A stretch of DNA of 64,000 nucleotides from Sedimentisphaerales bacterium (GTDB taxonomy: Bacteria; Planctomycetota; Phycisphaerae; Sedimentisphaerales; SM23-30): assembly GCA_963667715.1 (NCBI GenBank), contig OY763926.1, positions 2,552,609 through 2,616,608 of the forward strand. The letters run 5' to 3'. Each line of letters opens with the position of its first letter. Position 1 is the first letter of the stretch. Shown in pieces: positions 59,801 to 64,000 of the stretch. The notes beneath the pieces are model-generated. The model saw only the letters and a list, made by a program, of their open reading frames with translations, made no database searches and was not told the DNA's origin. The translations under genes and the position numbers were made by a program.

Positions 59801-62800
59801 ATCATAATCAGCAGCAGGAGTATAGGTTACAGTACCATCACCATTACTGACAACTGTGCCATGAGCTCCATCTGTCACCGAACTAATACTTAGCACATCA
59901 TTATCAGCATCAATATCATCAAGCAGCAGATTTCCAGTAGTGTAAGCTGTATTTTCAACAACCCATATATCATCATCTGTACCAACAGGTAAAGCATTTA
60001 CTGTAAGAGTTACTGTTGCAGTACTGATGCTGCCATCCAAATCTACTATAGTATAAGTAAAACTATCACTACCATAGTAGTCAACCGCCGGAGTATAAGT
60101 GATCGTCCCATCTCCATTATCAACTACACTACCATGAGCCGGTACAGATACAGAATCTACACTTATCCCATTACCATCTGAATCAATATCGTTGGCAAAT
60201 ACATTTATCACTTTTGCAACGTTTGCATTAGTTGTTGCAGTATCATCAATAGCATCTGGCCCCTGATCATCCACTATTATCAGGGCATACCCCATAAAGC
60301 TGGTATCAGCGCCAGGGTTACCACCAACAAATATAGATATATCTTCCAGACCACTCACGTCAAAAACGCTAAAATACTCCGTAGTCCACTCATTAACCGA
60401 ATTATTGAACTGACCACTAGCTTCATCATATACATAACGAGGTGTAGCATTATAAGCAGATGCAGGATCGTAGGTACCAATATATCTATCAGCGTCCAGA
60501 GGATTACCAAGACTATCCAGTAAAGTTACAATATCTGCCGCCAAATCTAGATCAGTTACTGCCAGATATAAGGACTTATCTGTTGTATCCCAGGTAAGGT
60601 TCAGCTCCGCCTGCAGAGTACTGGAAGTAAGTTTCATATATTCAACTGTAGTATCAGTCTCAAAGCTGAAAATATCCTTGAGGGCCGGACTGGTGATAAC
60701 TATTGGATCATGCTCATTAAGATAATGGCCGTTGGCACTTATCAGCGTATAGTCTACATTAACTCCGTTTACCGTATCACTGATCGAAGTTACCGATGTC
60801 TCATCTACTGTACCAACTTCAAAAAACTCACTCTTTAGTACAGTATTACTCTCTGCTGTAAGCGAAACATCATCTATAGCTATCCAGCTGTGACCAGCAG
60901 CGACACAAGGAGTAACATTATCGAATTCAACGCCAATATCATAACCAACTGCCGCCGGAATATCGCTAGAATCGAAAGTTAGTATATACTGTGAAGTCTC
61001 CATTTCACTACTGGAGTTATATAAATCGGTAAAAGTATAGGTCGCCACTACCGTCCGAGTACCGTTAAGGTCATAATAGATCGAAGCAGTCAGCTCAGCA
61101 TAACCTGGATCATTACTCCAGTTATTATCAATATCAGTATATGCATCTGTTACCCTAAATGACAGAGTATATACTTCATTTGCAACTACTTCAGTATTTG
61201 TCGTTTGATAGAACGAAGGATCGTCATCCTTAATAATGCCAGAATATCCTTCACCTGGATACTTAAATTCAACACCTGAATCTGACGGCACACCATCACT
61301 ATCCCAACCTGGTATCAGGTCCCAGTCTGTTGAGATCTTTCCTGAATCCGGGTCTTCAAAAGCCGGATTTTCCAGCAATGAGCCTAAAAGATCAACCGTC
61401 ACAATATCAGTTCCACCATTTCCATCGCTAATAGTATAGGTAAAGCTGTCAGCATCCTGATAGCCAGCATCAGGAGTATAGGTAAATGTACCATCACCAT
61501 TATCGACTACCGTCCCATGAGCACCATTAGTAAATGCGGTCACTGTCAGAATGTCACCGTCACCATCGTAATCATTAGCCAGCAGATCGACAGTTGTCAG
61601 CGGGGTATCAACGGTATAAATAACATAGTCATTACCACCTATAGGTACATCACTTATAGAATTGACCGTAACTGCAACAGCTGCGGTGCTGCTGCTTCCT
61701 TCATTGTCAACGATCGTATAGGTAAAACTATCAGCACCATTGTAATCAGTATCTGGCGTGTAGGTTACTGTACCGTTGCCATTATCTACAACAGTACCAT
61801 TGCCAGCGGCGCTTACCACAGATATTGCTAAACCGTTACCATCTGGGTCAATATCGTTACCAAACAAATCGATAATAACTGAACCATCTTCATCTACTGT
61901 CGCACTATCATCAGTAGCTGTCGGCCCCTGATCATCAACTATTACCAGAGCAAAACGAATATTATCTGTATTAGCCCCAGGGTTTCCGCTGTATGTTACA
62001 GTAACAGTACTCAAGCCACTAATATCAAATACACTAACCATATCATTTGATTCAGCACCAACAACAACTGTAAATTCACCAGTTACCGGATCATAGTTAT
62101 AGTTTGCGGTCGCATCTGTTTCATTATTCTTTTGATATGTACCAATAAAACTATCAGCTGGCAGAGCCGCTCCCACACCATCAGTAAAGTACAGTATATC
62201 GCTACTTAAATCTACGTCCAATGCCACTAGATACACGTTCTGGCTGCTGTTGGCAACGTTAAAATCTAACACAGCTTGTAATGTACTTGGCGTAAGAGTA
62301 AAGGTGTCAATATTGGTACCGGAGCTCATTTCAAAAAGATTGGCCAGAGTGCTATTTACTATAGATGCATGCAAATACTCATTTATAAACTGGCCATTAG
62401 CACTTGTCAGATCAATATCAACATTCACACCATTGATCGTATCACTTATCGACGTGGCAGTTGTCTCATCTACAGTGCCAACTTCAAAATAGTCTCCTGC
62501 CAAAAGAGTACTGTTCAGTAGTGAATATTGATATAAATTTGCCACAGCCTGATCAAATGGCATGACAGCATCAATTAAACAAACCGAATTTACTTCTAGC
62601 TCCCAATCACCTCCAGCACCAGTAATATCATCAGAAGCATATACATCAGCTTCGGTAACCGCAGCTAGCAAGTTCACCAGCTCCGCTCCAGAATCACCAG
62701 CTCCGGCATTACAACCAGCTATATATATTGCCGCATCTTCTGCCAGCAGATTTTTTAACTGAACAAAACTACTTTCCAAAGAATCTAGATCATCTGCACT

Positions 62801-63157
62801 GATCAGCTCATTACCTAGATTAAATGCACCCTCCTGACCATGGGATATAATGGTCAGACTTGATATCTGCTGATCAATATCAGAAGCTAGTTCTGAAATC
62901 TTATCAATCACATCTACAGGAGAATCATGCTCACTATTGAACTCTATAATATCATCTGCAGATGTTATATCTGCAAACATATCAGAGTCTGCAACAGCTC
63001 CGTCAACCAATGCGATATCCCAGCCCGAAGCACTTAGCAGATGGCGAACCTCAAGAGATTCTATCCGTAACTTCAGCCCGCAATTTTCTACCAGATGGTT
63101 ATTGCCGCCCATGTCATTATGGGACGTTTTAATTGTATTTTGCTTCTTTTTTCCCAT
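56822..63157 (-). CDS. Giant (2111 aa) surface/adhesin-like protein: DUF4347 N-domain, eight cadherin-like/VCBS-type repeats, two paralogous unknown modules, a CBM-like module, a LamG domain, and an acidic Ser/Thr/Val/Pro-rich linker
   Basis: The DUF4347 signature is IISHGQEGAFNLGN...IYIAGCNAGAGDSG...ADVYASDDITGAGGDWELE (aa ~45-190). The repeat unit is ...NDxDxDGDxL....G(S/T)VxDNGDGTxTYTP..DY.G.DSFTYT(I/V)xD. The LamG pattern is GGALDFDGVDDYVV...SFTISFWMN...DEIKIYDRDLS (aa ~1150-1360). There is no classical signal peptide, and the N-terminus carries ESLEVRHLLSAS. Confidence 0.8.
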   Translation of the reverse strand: MGKKKQNTIKTSHNDMGGNNHLVENCGLKLRIESLEVRHLLSASGWDIALVDGAVADSDMFADITSADDIIEFNSEHDSPVDVIDKISELASDIDQQISSLTIISHGQEGAFNLGNELISADDLDSLESSFVQLKNLLAEDAAIYIAGCNAGAGDSGAELVNLLAAVTEADVYASDDITGAGGDWELEVNSVCLIDAVMPFDQAVANLYQYSLLNSTLLAGDYFEVGTVDETTATSISDTINGVNVDIDLTSANGQFINEYLHASIVNSTLANLFEMSSGTNIDTFTLTPSTLQAVLDFNVANSSQNVYLVALDVDLSSDILYFTDGVGAALPADSFIGTYQKNNETDATANYNYDPVTGEFTVVVGAESNDMVSVFDISGLSTVTVTYSGNPGANTDNIRFALVIVDDQGPTATDDSATVDEDGSVIIDLFGNDIDPDGNGLAISVVSAAGNGTVVDNGNGTVTYTPDTDYNGADSFTYTIVDNEGSSSTAAVAVTVNSISDVPIGGNDYVIYTVDTPLTTVDLLANDYDGDGDILTVTAFTNGAHGTVVDNGDGTFTYTPDAGYQDADSFTYTISDGNGGTDIVTVDLLGSLLENPAFEDPDSGKISTDWDLIPGWDSDGVPSDSGVEFKYPGEGYSGIIKDDDPSFYQTTNTEVVANEVYTLSFRVTDAYTDIDNNWSNDPGYAELTASIYYDLNGTRTVVATYTFTDLYNSSSEMETSQYILTFDSSDIPAAVGYDIGVEFDNVTPCVAAGHSWIAIDDVSLTAESNTVLKSEFFEVGTVDETSVTSISDTVNGVNVDYTLISANGHYLNEHDPIVITSPALKDIFSFETDTTVEYMKLTSSTLQAELNLTWDTTDKSLYLAVTDLDLAADIVTLLDSLGNPLDADRYIGTYDPASAYNATPRYVYDEASGQFNNSVNEWTTEYFSVFDVSGLEDISIFVGGNPGADTSFMGYALIIVDDQGPDAIDDTATTNANVAKVINVFANDIDSDGNGISVDSVSVPAHGSVVDNGDGTITYTPAVDYYGSDSFTYTIVDLDGSISTATVTLTVNALPVGTDDDIWVVENTAYTTGNLLLDDIDADNDVLSISSVTDGAHGTVVSNGDGTVTYTPAADYDGSDSFTYTVSDGNGGSDIVTVNVTVVDTYSMASDYTGYWNLDDAGGLVADDSVAVNDGDLVNGPVWTAGVVGGALDFDGVDDYVVTGREISDSFTISFWMNTTSTGTEVGVQWYDGSGLVDAEQTLWVGDFGVSLLGDNIAFGIGDPVNHVDTTIISTSAVNDGLWNYVTATRSAETGEITLYINGVQEAQTTANLESLIDTNFIRFGSIQTGTYFYDGLLDEIKIYDRDLSDQEVYNLYRSVENNDPTGTGESITVTEDVPLTTGNLLANDIDADGDTFTITAVSSGSHGSVVDNGDGTVTYTPVADYYGADSFTYTITDVYGGADIVTANVTVNGVADAPIGSVDHISVTEDVLTVSGNLLANDVDADNDVLSIIGVTDGSHGSVLNNGDGTVTYLPDDNYSGPDSFTYTVSDGNGLLDIVTVNVTVGSVNDLPIAENDDYSVTEDGQLVITDLLVNDTDMDGFLLEIVSISQPTFGSTVLDGSGNVTYTPSADFFGQDTFTYAIVDSDGGVDTATVNVIVVGVEDNPVIVDDILWYEGKPLSLDSIILNDYDPDGDEIRLVNISKPTYGYISYDGVGGAIYIGPAGYSGDDTIVYTIADANNNITVGYITVKSFVPVIAPNIVDDSAGSDIVQDVVIVDPIVPEVVDEGVPVPIPEDVPVVPDDSLVSPDVVVDNSSNTVVEQTVPTSGSSSLVAQIIANQAISLNVNDSSAVGDTGTNTDSNTVIADANSSDVSEESVAQTTPTQEESSAVGSVVSETTKSTAAVTDTSSNNDATEEVSSSDAGSDSEGSSEVEKAAKAQQKSDDSKKEMIAEQQHDQWQEHSVMSDMPGFKVAAVEVVRDSGKMINISDGEMVNNSDVDMMFTESGLYIGSLGDISISPEQDALTAIVLEKQSDSLRANEKNFSEHEITVQDIDITVIGGAVGSVATGVAIAQGGASLLGMTKSFAVITAIDPTPVINSLASSSNVVRGGGFSGVGDASIEKILNLK
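59723..60832 (-). repeat. Segmental duplication copy B inside the giant gene (aa ~776-1145)
   Basis: Copy B begins SEFFEVGTVDETSVTSISDTVNGVNVD and ends ...DSFTYTVSDGNGGSDIVTVNV. By eye about half of positions are identical to copy A, and the DNA is near-identical at the module start (TTTTGAAGTTGG-ACAGTAGATGAGACA). Confidence 0.65.
61388..62506 (-). repeat. Segmental duplication copy A inside the giant gene (unknown module plus two cadherin-like repeats; aa ~218-590)
   Basis: Copy A begins LLAGDYFEVGTVDETTATSISDTINGVNVD and ends ...DSFTYTISDGNGGTDIVTVDL. It is collinear with copy B. Confidence 0.65.
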
Positions 63158-63539
63158 ATTTCCTTCAAAAAAGTGATTTTACAATAACATATATACTATC
63201 AGCCATATAATCCTATGATTTAAATAGAATACAAACAAATATACATAAAGTTTTATTTACTAATAGACCACGACAACGTCCAATAACACTCAAATTACAA
63301 CATTTGACCCTACATAGCGTATCATTGAAGCGATATATATTAAAAATAATTTCACCAGGCCTTTAGCACTTAACTTACTTCCTGGTGCTAGTATTATTTC
63401 ATAAATCTGTAAAGACAAGATAATTACATACCCTTCTCAGTATATTTACTCATTAAATACAATTAATCAAGCACTTCTAATTACATACGTAATTGTTTAT
63501 CACATTAAGCCTTTACATACATAAACCGATACACAGAAT

Positions 63540-64000
63540 ATGTTGAAAATAAAAATAAATCCTACCCTGCTGATCAGTTTTGAACTGGCACTTATTGCTA
63601 TGAGCATATCGTCTATGATCACAACACTCATACTTATTCCACGTGATCAGGCGCAGCACCTCAAATGGCAGAATCAGCATGCTAAGTCTATTGCTATGCA
63701 ATTCTCGCTGGCAATCCAAACTGGTAGAGAAAAAACAATTCAAAACCTGATAGATGTTCTACTAAAGCAGTTCCCAGAACTAGATTCAATTGCACTGAAG
63801 GTTAACAGTAAAACACTAATAAGCTCAGCAGACCATGAACTTAAGTGGTCCAATAAAGATAAGCACGAAAAAGCCCTCACTAATATCACTCTGGAAATAC
63901 CTCGTACAGATGGTGCACCACTTGAACTCGCTCTCTGCTACAAAATTGACGGCCATAACAGATATCACAGCACTTCACTTATAGCTGGCGGTTACACCTT
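63540..64000 (+). CDS. Hypothetical membrane-anchored protein, N-terminal 153 aa (3' end outside the window)
   Basis: The frame is open from ATG 63540 to the window end with no stop, which is why it is absent from the supplied track. It has the N-terminal hydrophobic helix LLISFELALIAMSISSMITTLILI followed by a soluble region, an architecture seen in membrane sensor proteins. I saw no clear SD. Confidence 0.45.
   Translation, partial: MLKIKINPTLLISFELALIAMSISSMITTLILIPRDQAQHLKWQNQHAKSIAMQFSLAIQTGREKTIQNLIDVLLKQFPELDSIALKVNSKTLISSADHELKWSNKDKHEKALTNITLEIPRTDGAPLELALCYKIDGHNRYHSTSLIAGGYT

Noticed and set aside
63513-63743. A 76-aa minus-strand ORF near the window end.
   Set aside because: It overlaps a longer plus-strand frame that stays open from ATG 63540 to the window end and has a plausible membrane-anchor N-terminus. 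The minus-strand product is Cys/His/Leu-rich with no features.
1-64000. I scanned for CRISPR arrays, IS elements, prophage genes, toxin-antitoxin pairs and rRNA.
   Set aside because: I saw no regularly spaced direct repeats, no transposase, integrase or phage structural ORFs in the six-frame track, and no rRNA-like sequence. Eye-scanning cannot exclude short or degenerate elements.

Overview
This 64-kb chromosomal window comes from a Gram-negative bacterium with roughly 42-50% G+C in the 60-nt lines I counted by hand. The gene content is an arylsulfatase, GH2, GH31, GH43, GH92 and GxGYxYP glycan enzymes, PQQ-like beta-propellers, a GLUG/dockerin-like secreted protein and a 2111-aa DUF4347/cadherin-like/LamG surface protein. 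This suggests a PVC-superphylum-type (Lentisphaerae, Verrucomicrobia or Planctomycetes-like) polysaccharide degrader, but the taxon is inference only. Housekeeping content is the secA 3' part, maf, sdaA, leuS, uppP, an Rrf2 regulator with hcp, pgl, tRNA-Leu(CAA), metY, miaA, RNase P RNA and rnfDGEA. I saw no transposase, integrase, phage genes or CRISPR array. The observations most worth a second look are: (1) a strongly AT-rich single-gene island (37.4-41.0 kb) encoding a membrane-anchored KAP-type P-loop NTPase with about 500 aa of unassignable C-terminal sequence, which is a candidate solitary defence or abortive-infection gene; (2) a co-directional miaA-linked block encoding a nucleotidyltransferase-like protein fused to a radical-SAM/SPASM-like domain whose CxxxCxxC motif appears lost, an unknown membrane protein and a NeuA-like cytidylyltransferase; (3) an rnfDGEA membrane core with no adjacent rnfC or rnfB, abutted 29 nt downstream by rnpB; (4) the giant surface protein, which carries a 1.1-kb internal segmental duplication; (5) a 169-bp imperfect palindrome at 3.2-3.4 kb that is either MITE-like or a structured RNA. 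All family calls come from motifs read by eye in the supplied translations. No database search was run.
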